64,000 nt of DNA from Escherichia coli (GCF_045037415.1 NZ_CP173440.1); one strand, 5' to 3'; positions 19,887-31,191 are shown, counted from the first letter of the stretch. Numbers and translations are program-made. Notes: generated by a model not told the origin, from the letters alone.

Positions 19887-20477
19887 ATGAAGATCTACGT
19901 CATCAAAATAGCAGTTCATGGAGTCAGTCCGATGGTCTGGCGTCGGCTGAGAATTGCTGCCGACACGTCACTGGCCGCGCTTCACTTCATTTTCCAGATA
20001 GTGCAGGGCTGGGGGGACGACCATCTCCATCAATTTCACATTTATGGCAAAGATTACGGTATCTCCTACGAAGGAGGCATCGGTTTTGTCGATAATCCGT
20101 TCCGGGTCGTGATTGATGATTTTGCTTTTGATGCTGGCGATCGCTTTACCTATGAATACAATTTCTTTGAGCACTGGCTTCATGACATTCGTGTTGAGGC
20201 CATTTATGAAAACTCTACGCTGAAAGCGCCGTTTTGTATAAGCGGCCATGGTATGCCCGGAGCCACAGCTGCGGATGAGTTCGATAAAACCCTGGCGTTT
20301 CTTGAAGCTATCGTTAATGCGGATGATGAAACAACGGTCGGCGAGATCCGCCCTTTTGCTGACGACCTGGATGCTGTCAGGTTCAACCGCCACAAAATCA
20401 ACCGGCAACTGAGCAGGCTCGACCTTGCATCTCCGGTACTGGAGCCTGAAGTTATCTGGCTGGGCCGTCGTCGCTGA
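19887..20477 (+). CDS. Hypothetical protein (pRiA4b ORF-3-like family), first ORF of the ISKpn19-like element
   Basis: 196-aa product MKIYVIKIAVHGVSPMVWRRLRIAADTSLAALHFIFQIVQGW... Confidence 0.45.
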   Translation: MKIYVIKIAVHGVSPMVWRRLRIAADTSLAALHFIFQIVQGWGDDHLHQFHIYGKDYGISYEGGIGFVDNPFRVVIDDFAFDAGDRFTYEYNFFEHWLHDIRVEAIYENSTLKAPFCISGHGMPGATAADEFDKTLAFLEAIVNADDETTVGEIRPFADDLDAVRFNRHKINRQLSRLDLASPVLEPEVIWLGRRR

Positions 20478-20613
20478 CTGATGTCTATAAAGGTATACGT
20501 TTTCAGCATGCCTCTCAGATCCCCGAAAAAATGTCTATAAACCTCCCTAAATCAGTGTTTATGGATTATTCTTTAAATCTCTATGATGTTTAAAGACCTT
20601 CCGGAGGTTTTGC

Positions 20614-21186
20614 GTGCAATATGCCTACATCAGGGTAAGCTCGGCCGATCAGAATACGGCCCGTCAGGAAGAGGCATTGTCAAAGGCGGGTTTTCAGCCT
20701 GATAAAATTTGTGTTGAGCATGCCAGCGCGAAGGACACAAACCGCCCGGGGTTACAGGAACTCCTGGGGCAATTACGCCCTGGTGATACGCTTCTGGTTC
20801 ATTCCATCGATCGCCTTTGCCGGAATATGTCGGATATGTGCGCTGTCACCACCCGGCTTCGTGACCAGGGCGTTACCCTTATTTTTCTGAAAGAGCAGCT
20901 GACGTTCAGCGCCGGCACAAACAATCCGATGCAGGAACTGCAGCTGCACATGATGTCGGCATTCAGCCAGTTTGAACGAGCCTTACTGAAGGAAAGGCAG
21001 GCCGACGGCATCGCCGCGAAAAAAGCACGGGGTGAAAAAACAGGGCGCCCCGGCGCCGATATCAAAAAGATCCAGGAAATTGACGCACTCAGAAGCAGAG
21101 GGGTCAGGCTCAGGATCGCCTGCGACCATGCGGGCCTTGGCGTTTCCACATATTATAAGCTTCGTCACCAGATGAACAACCAGTAG
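20614..21186 (+). CDS. Small serine recombinase (resolvase/invertase family) encoded inside the ISKpn19-like element
   Basis: N-terminal YIRVSSADQ serine-recombinase motif and C-terminal HTH. Confidence 0.6.
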   Translation: MQYAYIRVSSADQNTARQEEALSKAGFQPDKICVEHASAKDTNRPGLQELLGQLRPGDTLLVHSIDRLCRNMSDMCAVTTRLRDQGVTLIFLKEQLTFSAGTNNPMQELQLHMMSAFSQFERALLKERQADGIAAKKARGEKTGRPGADIKKIQEIDALRSRGVRLRIACDHAGLGVSTYYKLRHQMNNQ

Positions 21187-21219
21187 CCGGGAGATAGTCA
21201 TCCACCACAGCAGGAGGCA

Positions 21220-22614
21220 ATGATGCAACTGACGCTCCAGATAGTCATCACCGATGAATCAGGCTCCAGTCGAACGGAGGAACTGATGACAATCCAGAAA
21301 TCAGGGGAAACCCGGAACGACATCGGATTATCGGTGTCAGAATCCAAGCTGTTGCTGAATACGGTCCAGCAGTCGGTGGTCCAGCTGCAGGCAGACGAAT
21401 ATACTCAACACCATATCCGGTGCCCTCACTGCCTTGCTGCGCGCAGAATCAAAGGCAAACAGAAAATACGGTACCGGACGCTGTTTGGCGTTATTCCGGT
21501 ATCCGGGCTTCGGGTGTACCGGTGCCGTTGTGAAGAGAGTGATACAAAGACAGTCAGTTTGCTCAGCGACTGGGCCGGCGATTATTCTCACCCGGCACTG
21601 AAATATATTGAAACCCGCTGGGCCTCGATGATCTCCTATGAAATGACGACTCGTCTGCTGAAAGATATTCTGCCGGTGGGCCACAGCCTGAATGCCTCAA
21701 CGGTGAGGAATCATTTATGCCAGGTGGCGCAGCGTCTTGACGCTGAGGCTGAAGCTCATTCAGGTTTTCTTTCCGGCTGCCCCCGCGACTGGGGGAACCT
21801 GCCCAGGCCAGGAAAACCGCTTGTGGTGGGTATAGATGGTGGTTATGTTCGCGATCGGGATGACAAAAAGCGTAATTTTGAAATTATTGCCGGGAAGTCT
21901 TTTTCCGTTGGTGCGCCTGCTGACACCCGCCGCTTCGGTTTTGTTCAGAAGGATGACTGTCATCCGGAACGCAGGCTCATGACCCACCTTTCAGCGCAGG
22001 GAATGCAGGCCAACCAGCAGATATTTTTTCTGTCCGACGGCGCGGATAATCTCAGGGACCTCCAGTTCGGTATGTACCCTGAGTCAACGCATGTGCTGGA
22101 CTGGTTTCATATCACCATGAGGCTGAAGGTGCTCATGCAATATGCCCGGGGACTGCTGGTATCAGATCCAGAGGCGGGGAGTAAAGTTCTGGCACTGCTG
22201 GAAAGCATTAAACGATATCTCTGGCATGGCAATGTTGTCGCTGCGCTGGAACATATTGATAATTGCGTTATGTATTGCGATGACCCTGAACTCAGCTATC
22301 CTAGCCTGAAATCCCTGCAAAAACATCTGGATGAAATGTATACCTACATCCGGAATAATAAGATGATGATCCCAAACTACGGCGAAATGCGTCGGTACGG
22401 AGAGCCGGTATCAACCGCGTTTGTGGAATCCACGATCAATGAAGTGATCGCCAGACGAATGGCCAAAAAGCAGCAGATGCAGTGGAGCAGAAAAGGGGCT
22501 CATTATTTGTTACAGACCCGGACCGCCGTTTTGAATAACGAACTGCAGGATAAATTTGTCTGCTGGTATCCGGGTTTTCAAAGTGACGGGAAGGGACCAG
22601 CGATGGCAGCATAG
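21220..22614 (+). CDS. ISKra4-family transposase (ISKpn19-like)
   Basis: 464-aa product; assignment from recalled family features and the ISKpn19-tnpR fragment-qnrS1 context. Confidence 0.7.
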   Translation: MMQLTLQIVITDESGSSRTEELMTIQKSGETRNDIGLSVSESKLLLNTVQQSVVQLQADEYTQHHIRCPHCLAARRIKGKQKIRYRTLFGVIPVSGLRVYRCRCEESDTKTVSLLSDWAGDYSHPALKYIETRWASMISYEMTTRLLKDILPVGHSLNASTVRNHLCQVAQRLDAEAEAHSGFLSGCPRDWGNLPRPGKPLVVGIDGGYVRDRDDKKRNFEIIAGKSFSVGAPADTRRFGFVQKDDCHPERRLMTHLSAQGMQANQQIFFLSDGADNLRDLQFGMYPESTHVLDWFHITMRLKVLMQYARGLLVSDPEAGSKVLALLESIKRYLWHGNVVAALEHIDNCVMYCDDPELSYPSLKSLQKHLDEMYTYIRNNKMMIPNYGEMRRYGEPVSTAFVESTINEVIARRMAKKQQMQWSRKGAHYLLQTRTAVLNNELQDKFVCWYPGFQSDGKGPAMAA

Positions 22615-22616
22615 CT

Positions 22617-23075
22617 CACGCTGCCCCAATATTTTTTATGCTCTCGGTCGTATGGAAGCTGGACCGCCTCGGTCGTGATCTTCGTCATCTCATTAATACA
22701 GTGCACGACCTGACCGCGAGGGGGACCGGTCTGAAAGTGCTGACCGGTCACGGGGCGACTATCGACACAACAACGGCCGCTGGCAAGCTTGTCTTCGGTA
22801 TCTTTGCCGCACTGGCGGAGTTTGAGCGCGAACTGATTGCTGAAAGAACGACTGCAGGTCTGGCATCAGCAAGAGCCCGTGGGCGGAACGGCGGCCGACC
22901 TTATAAAATGACGCCAGTCAAACTGCGACTGGCAATGGCATCAATGGGACAATCAGAAACAAAGGTCAGTACGCTATGCCAGGAACTTGGGATAACCCGG
23001 CAAACTTTGTACAGGCATATTTCCCCTGTTGGTCAACTGCGGGCGGACGGGATCAAGCTGCTCAACCGTGGATAA
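22617..23075 (+). pseudogene. tnpR: Tn3-family resolvase TnpR, 5'-truncated (lacks the catalytic Ser region)
   Basis: Product starts at ...KLDRLGRDLRHLINTVHDL, about residue 60 of resolvases. Confidence 0.7.
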
Positions 23076-23393
23076 TTTGAACGGACGGAAAAATCTGGGG
23101 TTCCGGCGTAGTACCCCTATCACCTCCACATTTTTGCAACAGTGCCTTATAAATGGCAGCCTTATGTTTACTTGCCAAGATGGGCTACCATATGATGTTT
23201 TATACTGAGCAATATTAATATTATCTTTAATGGAAAAATTAAGCCCACTAAGTGACCCACTGCTATATGGCTCTATTGTGAAGACGCCTGAGGGTAAAAA
23301 TTTATACATGGTTGTCCCTATGTCTATTATTGCAAGGTTGACAATATTATTCGTTTTATAAATTTGAGCGTTTAAAATCACACATCAAAGCAA

Positions 23394-24050
23394 TTAGTCA
23401 GGATAAACAACAATACCCAGTGCTTCGAGAATCAGTTCTTGCTGCCAGGCTGCAATTTTGATACCTGATGTATCGACTTTGCGGGGATCTAAACCGTCGA
23501 GTTCGGCGTGGCATAAATTGGCACCCTGTAGGCTAAATTGCCCCCAGACATCTTCGGAAAAAACACCTCGACTTAAGTCTGACTCTTTCAGTGATGCACC
23601 CGCTAGGTTCGTTCCTATCCAGCGATTTTCAAACAACTCACATTTTTCTAAACAAACCCTCTCCATATTGGCATAGGAAAGATTACATCCAGAAATAAAT
23701 GCTGAGCAAAAGTACATACGATTACTCACTTGATGGGCAAAGTTTGTTCGGGAAAAGTTGGCACCTTTTAAATCACACGCACGGAACTCTATACCGTAGC
23801 AATTGGCATTACTGAAGTTTGCCATCGCAAGTTGGCATTGTTGGAAACTTGCATCACGAAGATCTGCGACATCAAAGTGGCAGCCTTCGATATCACCCTG
23901 TTCAATGAACTTGCAGTTGACGAATGTCGTATCACGCAAGTTAGCACGTCGAAAGTCGCTGCGAATGAATGTGCAAGCGGTGAAGGTGAGATCACTTAAG
24001 TCTTTATGTGAAAAGTTGTGGTGCCGATATGTATGATTGTAGGTTTCCAT
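23394..24050 (-). CDS. qnrS1: Quinolone-resistance pentapeptide-repeat protein QnrS1
   Basis: 218-aa product METYNHTYRHHNFSHKDLSDLTFTACTFIRSDFRRANLRDTTFVNCKF... Confidence 0.95.
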   Translation of the reverse strand: METYNHTYRHHNFSHKDLSDLTFTACTFIRSDFRRANLRDTTFVNCKFIEQGDIEGCHFDVADLRDASFQQCQLAMANFSNANCYGIEFRACDLKGANFSRTNFAHQVSNRMYFCSAFISGCNLSYANMERVCLEKCELFENRWIGTNLAGASLKESDLSRGVFSEDVWGQFSLQGANLCHAELDGLDPRKVDTSGIKIAAWQQELILEALGIVVYPD

Positions 24051-24417
24051 GAGTACTCCTTGTTGAAAGGAGGGCTAGACTACCATTATACATATGCCAA
24101 GACATTAAAATAAAAGCCTGTTACATCAACACATTACAACCCCTCAATTTACCTGTTTTAAGTGGTCAAATTGGCGCGTAGAGCGCCTATCGCTCTTGCA
24201 TTGGCACGCGGCCCTGTTGAAAAAAGTTATTCGCTTTAGATAGGGTTAGGAGAGCCGTGCTTCGCCGGTAAAAAATCGGACTATCCGACGCAGGGCGGAC
24301 TCATCGGCGGAGAAGCAAACTTTGACTATATCTCCCTACACTTGGAAGAGGGCTAGACTGGCCCCATAGATCACCAGACACTTCGACTCTCTTAAAATAA
24401 GAGGTAGTCTTGGAACT

Positions 24418-24813
24418 ATGTTTAATACCAGTCAGAACGATAAGATGGTTGAAGTGTTATCAGGACCTGAGCGGCGTCGGCGTCGTACACCGCAGGAAAA
24501 AATTGCCATTATTCAGCAGACTATGGAGCCCGGTATGACCGTGTCTCATGTCGCGCGCCTGCATGGCATCAATGCAAACCAGATATTCAAATGGCGCAAG
24601 CAATATTAAGACGGTTCACTGACGGCTGTTGCATCGGGCGAGGAAGTGGTGCCGGCCTCCGAACTCGCTGCCGCCAATAAGCAAATTCGCGAACTCCAGC
24701 GCCTTCTGGGCAAAAAGACGATGGAAGCCGAGATACTCAAAGAGGCCGTGGAGTTCGGCCGGGCAAAAAAATGGATTGCGCATGCGCCCTCGTTGCCTGG
24801 GAACGACGAATAA
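24418..24813 (+). pseudogene. orfA of an IS2-group (IS3-family) element with an in-frame TAA at 24607-24609
   Basis: Frame reads ...QIFKWRKQY[64 protein letters not shown], colinear with IS2 OrfA. Confidence 0.6.
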
Positions 24814-25469
24814 GCGACGTTTGCAGAAGTCTTGGCGTGTCGCGTGCGCAGTTGAGCATTCGGGTTCACCGGCCATCTGACTGACAGGATCGCAGACGGC
24901 AGCCCCGTTCTGACGATACCACCGTATTGTCCCGGATAAACATGGCGGTGGCTGACCTGCCGACGTATGGTTATCGCCGTGTGTGGGCGCTGCTGCGACG
25001 GGAGTCGGAGCGGGACGGCCTGCCTGTGGTTAATGCAAAGCGGGTGTATCGCATTATGAGAACGCATAATCTGCTTCTTGAACGTAAACCCGCTGATCCT
25101 TGCCGTAAGCGGGCCCATAAGGGGCGCGTAGCAGTAGCGGAAAGTAACCGGCGCTGGTGCTCAGATGGCTTTGAGTTCCGCTGTGATAATGGCGAAAAGC
25201 TGCGGGTGACCTTCGCGCAGGACTGCTGCGACAGGGAGATCATTGACTGGGCAGCGAGCACCGGAGGCTATGACAAAGAAACGGTGCAGGATGTCATGCT
25301 GGGTGCGGTGGAAAAACGCTTCGGAAGGCAGTTGCCAACAGTGCCGGCGTTCGCCCGGTTGCTGGGACTGGAGCCTTGTACGACAGCAGTGCGAAGCCCG
25401 GAAAGCAATGGCATAGCAGAAAGCTTCGTGATGACGATAAAACGGGACTACATCAGCATCAGGATTTTA
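24800..25469 (+). pseudogene. orfB of the IS2-group element, internally deleted and 3'-truncated where the Tn3 IR begins
   Basis: ORF-track product 24927-25478 matches IS2 InsD in blocks ([36 protein letters not shown]) with a gap and a premature end. Confidence 0.55.
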
Positions 25470-25507
25470 GGGGTCTGACGCTCAGTGGAACGAAAACTCA
25501 CGTTAAG
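25470..25507. repeat. Tn3-type 38-bp terminal inverted repeat (GGGGTCTGACGCTCAGTGGAACGAAAACTCACGTTAAG)
   Basis: Read directly; overlaps the tnpA stop as in Tn3/Tn2. Confidence 0.85.
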
Positions 25508-27709
25508 CAACGTTTTCTGCCTCTGACGCCTCTTTTAATGGTCTCAGATGTCCTTTGGTCACCAGTTCTGCCAGCGTGAAGGAATAATGGCCGAGCATAT
25601 TGATATGTCCGTGGCAAAGCGGGGAGAGGCGTGCGATATCTTCATCATTCAGTGTTTCACCCTGCGCCCGGAGATGATCCAGGGCTGCCTGCATATAAAT
25701 AGTGTTCCATAACACGACGGCGTTAGTGACCAGCCCCAGTGTGCCCAGTTGATCTTCCTGACCGTCGGTATATCGTTTTCTTATCTCACCTTTTTGACCG
25801 TGACAGATGGCTCTGGCAACGGCATGGCGACTTTCTCCCCGATTAAGCTGGGTCAGAATGCGCCGGCGGTAATCTTCATCATCAATATAATTAAGCAGAT
25901 ACAGCGTTTTGTTGATGCGCCCCACTTCAATGATTGCCTGAGTCAGTCCGGAAGGACGTTCACTTTTCAGCAATGAACGGACCAGCACTGAAACCTGTAC
26001 TTTGCCCAGCTTCAGGGAGCCAGCGGTCCGGATCATTTCGTCCCACTGAAGGACTATTTTTCGGGGATCTGATTGCCCTCTGGCAATATCATTCAGCACG
26101 CCATAGTCGGCATCATGGTCCATTCGCCAGAAAACCGAAGCACCGGCATCAGCCAGGCGTGGAGAAAACTGGTATCCCAGCAGCCAGAAAAGGCCAAAGA
26201 CAAGTTCGCTGGCACCTGCTGTATCGGTCATAATTTCGGTTGGATTCAGCCCGGTTCCTGTTCCAGAAGACCTTCCAGCACAAAGATAGAGTCCCTCAGC
26301 GTCCCCGGTATAACGATGCCATGAAAGCCGGAATACTGATCGGACACAAAGTTGTACCAGGTGATCCCTCTGTTATTACCAAAGTATTTGCGGTTCGGTC
26401 CGGCATTGATTGTTCTGACTGGCGTAACAAAGCGCATTCCATCTGCAGATGCCACTTCTCCTCCACCCCATATCTGTGCCAGTGGCAGCGTTGCCTGAAA
26501 ATCAACCAGTCTGGCATTAGCGCTGGTGATAGTTTCAGCCCGCAGATAGTTCGCTTTTGTCCAGTTCAGCCGGTGTCGGGTCAGTGCAGGAACATTTGAT
26601 CTGATCAGTGGTTCCAGACCGATATTGCAGGCTTCAGCCATCAGCACGGCGCTGATGCTGACGGGCAGATCATCAACTCTGGCACTGGCTTCACTAGCAT
26701 GGAAAAACTCATCAGCAAATCCGGTATGGGCGTTAATTTCGAGCAGCAACTCCGTTAAATCCACCGGAGGGAGTAGATCACTGATCATTTTGCTCAGTCG
26801 TTTCAGACTGTCCGGCTCATCAAGACTGGCGAGGGGAGAAATTGTCAACCGGGGCTTCGGGCCAGAAACATCGAGTTCGACAGCCTCATTTTCGCAAAGA
26901 CGTGCAGCAACCTGTCTGTAACGACTATCAAGCTGATGACCCAGAGATTTTATTGCTTCCTGCGGGTCTGTCGGGTGCCCCAAAGAACGATAAACCTTAA
27001 TCCGGTTTGCCTGCCAGTCAGCACCCTGTAGTAATCTTGCACGAGGATCTCCCCACCGGTTACTGCCGGTAACGTAGACATCCCTCCGCCTCAGACTATC
27101 CTGCAGTTTACTGAGAAAGCAGAGCGTGTATCCCCTGCGGGTGATATGTTTTTCCTTGTTAATCACCAGCCGTTTCCATGACCGACTGATAATTTCCGTT
27201 GGTGCGTCGTCAAAAAACTGCCGCCGTGAGCTGAACTCCCGGCTGAGGTAGTCACAGGCATTCAGAGTGGTAACCCCGGCAGGTGCGGATGAAAATTTAA
27301 CGGTATTCAGCAGATGGGGCAGGAAACGACGAACGCGCCCGTACTGCTCCACCATTTCTTCATGAAAATTATCGTCTGAGGGCCGGGCAATTTCACGGAC
27401 AAGCGTGATGATTTCAGCCAGCTTTTGCCTTGGGATGTAGCTGAACACCTCAGCACGAATCGATTCGTCCGGTGTTTCTTCTTTCAGCAGGTACGAACAT
27501 GCGCTGGCGAGCGCCAATGCAGATTTATCCAGATCCTTCAGCGAGCGGAGCCGTTTTTTCTGCCCAATCTTTCTGGCGTCACGGATGATAACGGCCAGCA
27601 TGGCGTCCAGAACGTCCAATGCATCATCCAGCGCCAGCGTTTCCCATGCAAGGACAAAGGCAACCAGAACCGCCATCCTTTTCTGCGGTGACATCCTGGC
27701 AATATTGAA
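25503..27709 (-). pseudogene. tnpA: Tn3/Tn2-type transposase tnpA, 5'-truncated by IS26 (first ~280 codons missing) with a frameshift near 26231-26246
   Basis: ORF-track products 26246-27694 and 25503-26231 are colinear with TnpA but in different frames; the reading frame runs up to the IS26 boundary. Confidence 0.85.
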
Positions 27710-28529
27710 GGCACTGTTGCAAAGTTAGCGATGAGGCAGCCTTTTGTCTTATTCAAAGGCCTTACATTTCAAAAACTCTGCTTACCAGGCGCATTTCGCC
27801 CAGGGGATCACCATAATAAAATGCTGAGGCCTGGCCTTTGCGTAGTGCACGCATCACCTCAATACCTTTGATGGTGGCGTAAGCCGTCTTCATGGATTTA
27901 AATCCCAGCGTGGCGTTGATTATCCGTTTCAGTTTGCCATGATCGCATTCAATCACGTTGTTCCGGTACTTAATCTGTCGGTGTTCAACGTCAGACGGGC
28001 ACCGGCCTTCGCGTTTGAGCAGAGCAAGCGCGCGACCATAGGCGGGCGCTTTATCCGTGTTGATGAATCGCGGGATCTGCCACTTCTTCACGTTGTTGAG
28101 GATTTTACCCAGAAACCGGTATGCAGCTTTGCTGTTACGACGGGAGGAGAGATAAAAATCGACAGTGCGGCCCCGGCTGTCGACGGCCAGGTACAGATAC
28201 GCCCAGCGGCCATTGACCTTCACGTAGGTTTCATCCATGTGCCACGGGCAAAGATCGGAAGGGTTACGCCAGTACCAGCGCAGCCGTTTTTCCATTTCAG
28301 GCGCATAACGCTGAACCCAGCGGTAAATCGTGGAGTGATCGACATTCACTCCGCGTTCAGCCAGCATCTCCTGCAGCTCACGGTAACTGATGCCGTATTT
28401 GCAGTACCAGCGTACGGCCCACAGAATGATGTCACGCTGAAAATGCCGGCCTTTGAATGGGTTCATGTGCAGCTCCATCAGCAAAAGGGGATGATAAGTT
28501 TATCACCACCGACTATTTGCAACAGTGCC
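27710..28529 (-). mobile_element. IS26 copy 3, variant encoding Tnp26 with G184N and R93L
   Basis: 820 bp with IRs; nucleotide differences from the other copies are cag vs ccg at ~28189 and tt vs cc at ~27916-27917. Confidence 0.95.
27762..28484 (-). CDS. tnp26: IS26-variant transposase (G184N, R93L in the 234-aa numbering)
   Basis: Product has AYLYLAVDS and KRIINATLGF where the other four copies have AYLYRAVDS and [10 protein letters not shown]. Confidence 0.9.
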   Translation of the reverse strand: MLMELHMNPFKGRHFQRDIILWAVRWYCKYGISYRELQEMLAERGVNVDHSTIYRWVQRYAPEMEKRLRWYWRNPSDLCPWHMDETYVKVNGRWAYLYLAVDSRGRTVDFYLSSRRNSKAAYRFLGKILNNVKKWQIPRFINTDKAPAYGRALALLKREGRCPSDVEHRQIKYRNNVIECDHGKLKRIINATLGFKSMKTAYATIKGIEVMRALRKGQASAFYYGDPLGEMRLVSRVFEM

Positions 28530-29284
28530 GTGTACATCGAAATACGGCTTATCAGGCGTTAAAAGATGCTTGCGATGACTTGTTTGCAAGACAATTCAGT
28601 TATCAGAGTCTTAGTGAAAAAGGTAACACTATTAATCACAAATCAAGATGGGTGAGCGAGGTGGCTTATATTGATAATGAAGCTGTCGTTAGACTTATTT
28701 TTGCCCCTGCTATTGTGCCTTTAATTACTAGGTTAGAAGAACAATTTACAAAGTATGAAATACAACAAATAAGTAATTTAACAAGTGCTTATGCTGTTCG
28801 TTTATATGAAATATTGATTGCATGGCGTAGTACTGGAAAAACGCCTCTCATAACTATGTATGATTTTAGACAAAAAATAGGTGTACTCGAGACTGAATAC
28901 AAACGAATGTATGATTTTAAAAAATATGTTTTAGACATTGCATTAAAACAAGTAAATGAACATACCGATATTATTGTCAAAGTTGAACAGCATAAAACAG
29001 GTAGATCTATTACTGGTTTTTCATTTAGCTTTAAACAGAAAAAATCAGCCACGCATTCAGTCGAATCTAAAAGAGATCCGAATACATTAGACCTCTTTTC
29101 AAAAATAACAGATAAACAACGCCATCTATTCGCCAACAAGCTCTCAGAGCTTCCTGAGATGAGTAAATATTCACAAGGCACAGAAAGCTATCAGCAGTTT
29201 GCTGTACGTATAGCTGCCATGCTGCAAGATGCAGAGAAATTTAAGGAATTACTTCCTTTACTCAGAAAATTAGGATTTCAATGA
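28530..29284 (+). pseudogene. Rep_3-family plasmid replication initiator, 5'-truncated by IS26 (Acinetobacter-type, as in Tn1548)
   Basis: C-terminal region ...LYEILIAWRSTGKTPLITMYDFRQKIGVLETEYKRMYDFKKYVLDIALKQVNEH...; low GC. Confidence 0.6.
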
Positions 29285-29350
29285 CATTGTTAATTGAAAT
29301 TGTTAAGTTAACAGTCAGGTATTAACACAAGTTGAAAACTGGTTTACATA

Positions 29351-29893
29351 ATGAAAAAACTGTCAGTTTCAGAGTTAGCTAAGCTTTATGGATATTCAAG
29401 ACAAGCCATATATGCACATATAAACAAAGGAAATTTATCTAAAGGATCTGATGGATTAATTGACTTTTCAGAGGCCCTAAGAGTTTTTGGGGAACCACAA
29501 AAAAAAGAGGATACAGTCAATCAAAGTCAATCAATTAACAGTCAAAACTTGACAGAAGTTGACTTACTAAAACGTCAAGTTGACATACTGGAAAAACAAT
29601 TAAATCAGGCAATACAGAGAGAAAATCAATCTTTAGAACGTGAATCGTTTTATCAAGAACAGATTGAAGCTATGCAGCGCTTACTAGAAGCACCAAAAGC
29701 CAATATGACTACCTTTACCGATCAGAGCTTTAAACAGGATATAGCAACGGATCCTCGGTCGGAACTAGCAACGAACTATGACGAATTGACTACTCCTCAG
29801 CAAGACAATAAGCGTATTCCTATCCCGGAGCATGTTGAACCAGAACAGAAGAAGAGAGGCTTCCTAAGCCGCTTTTTCCTTCCATATGGTTAG
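29351..29893 (+). CDS. Hypothetical HTH DNA-binding protein downstream of the rep fragment
   Basis: 180-aa product with N-terminal HTH-like segment (LSVSELAKLYGYSRQAIYAHINKG) and a coiled-coil middle. Confidence 0.45.
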   Translation: MKKLSVSELAKLYGYSRQAIYAHINKGNLSKGSDGLIDFSEALRVFGEPQKKEDTVNQSQSINSQNLTEVDLLKRQVDILEKQLNQAIQRENQSLERESFYQEQIEAMQRLLEAPKANMTTFTDQSFKQDIATDPRSELATNYDELTTPQQDNKRIPIPEHVEPEQKKRGFLSRFFLPYG

Positions 29894-30251
29894 CCAAGAC
29901 TCCAGTTTTTTGAAGAGCCAATTTCAGTGCAAGCACTTGAAATAATGACTCCTCAAAAAACCGGATGATGTTTATTAAAACTGAATAAAACCGTGGAACA
30001 TCGCTCAATTAGTGATCGTGGAACATGAATAATCAATAAAAAGCCGTTCTGGTGCCCTATACTCCAGAACGGCTTACGTTAATATAATGATATTTAAAGA
30101 GAAATATCAAGCATTTCGTATAAGAAATTTTATGTTAAATGATTGTTAGAAATGCCCCTTGATCGAGGCATTTTCTATAAAGAATACTAAAAACTAATTA
30201 AAGCCAACCAAGTTTCAAAACAAGGCAGTTCTCAGCAATCATATTTTTAAA

Positions 30252-31136
30252 TTATATAACTCCCAACTGAGCTTTTGCTCCAACGATAAGGCTTTCATTT
30301 TGAGTTTCTAAGGCAAATAAACCATACATCAAAGGAGAGGCCGCTGCTCTTTCTAAAGTCTGTTCATATAGTTTATTCCAAACTTTACCCCCTAGTTTTT
30401 CATACTCGATGATTAGAGTTTTGAGGCTTTCTTCTCCAAACAAAGTTACATGCCCAGCAAAATCAATCGCTGGGTCATCTATATGGGCTGTTGACCAATC
30501 AATAACGCCTGAAACAGCTCCATCCTTTGAAGCTAGTACATGCCCAGCATATAAATCGCCATGTATAAATTGGGTGAAATCTGCCCATAGAACATCATTA
30601 TCCAACCATTTTCTGTAGCGGGTTTCCAATTGCTCACTTATACCAATTTCAGATTTTACTAACTGCAAATTGTTTGCTATTTCAGGTCTTAAATCTGAAG
30701 GTTTCATAATTTTCAAATCATTTTCCCGAACTTCTTTTTCAGGAATACTATGGATTTCAAATAAGGTTTTTGCCAAAGATGTTATGTATTTCGGGCTATC
30801 TTTGTCCATATTCCAAATTATTTCATAGGTTTCAGCATCCAAATTTAAAACAGGATTATCTTTAAGTATGGGATAAGCCACTAATTCTGTAGATGAAATT
30901 CTCCAATCAGGAACCTCTACAGAAAGATGTTTTTTTACCAATTCTAAAATGCGTTTTTCTTTCTTGATTTGTTCCCTCATGCCATCACGACGAGGAATAC
31001 GCAGCAACCATTGTTGCCCCTTTGTATCAAGAGCAAAAACGACCTTAAAATCAATGCCCATTTCATTGAAATTCATTTTGTCCGTAAGCAACAAGCCGTG
31101 TGCTTCAGCAAGTGATTGAATATCTTGAATTGTCAT
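30252..31136 (-). CDS. mph(E): Macrolide 2'-phosphotransferase Mph(E)
   Basis: 294-aa product MTIQDIQSLAEAHGLLLTDKMNFNEMGIDFKVVFALDTKGQQWLLRIPRR... Confidence 0.95.
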   Translation of the reverse strand: MTIQDIQSLAEAHGLLLTDKMNFNEMGIDFKVVFALDTKGQQWLLRIPRRDGMREQIKKEKRILELVKKHLSVEVPDWRISSTELVAYPILKDNPVLNLDAETYEIIWNMDKDSPKYITSLAKTLFEIHSIPEKEVRENDLKIMKPSDLRPEIANNLQLVKSEIGISEQLETRYRKWLDNDVLWADFTQFIHGDLYAGHVLASKDGAVSGVIDWSTAHIDDPAIDFAGHVTLFGEESLKTLIIEYEKLGGKVWNKLYEQTLERAAASPLMYGLFALETQNESLIVGAKAQLGVI

Positions 31137-31191
31137 TTTTAATTTCCTTTAAAGAGTTCAATAATTAATGTTCGGATTAGATTGGCTATCA

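Larger units (their letters stand above)
19881..22616 (+). mobile_element. ISKpn19-like element (ISKra4 family) with two accessory ORFs and a transposase; ends approximate
   Basis: Three co-directional ORFs between the ISAba14 remnant and the tnpR fragment; the tnpR reading frame is cut at ~22617. Confidence 0.5.
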
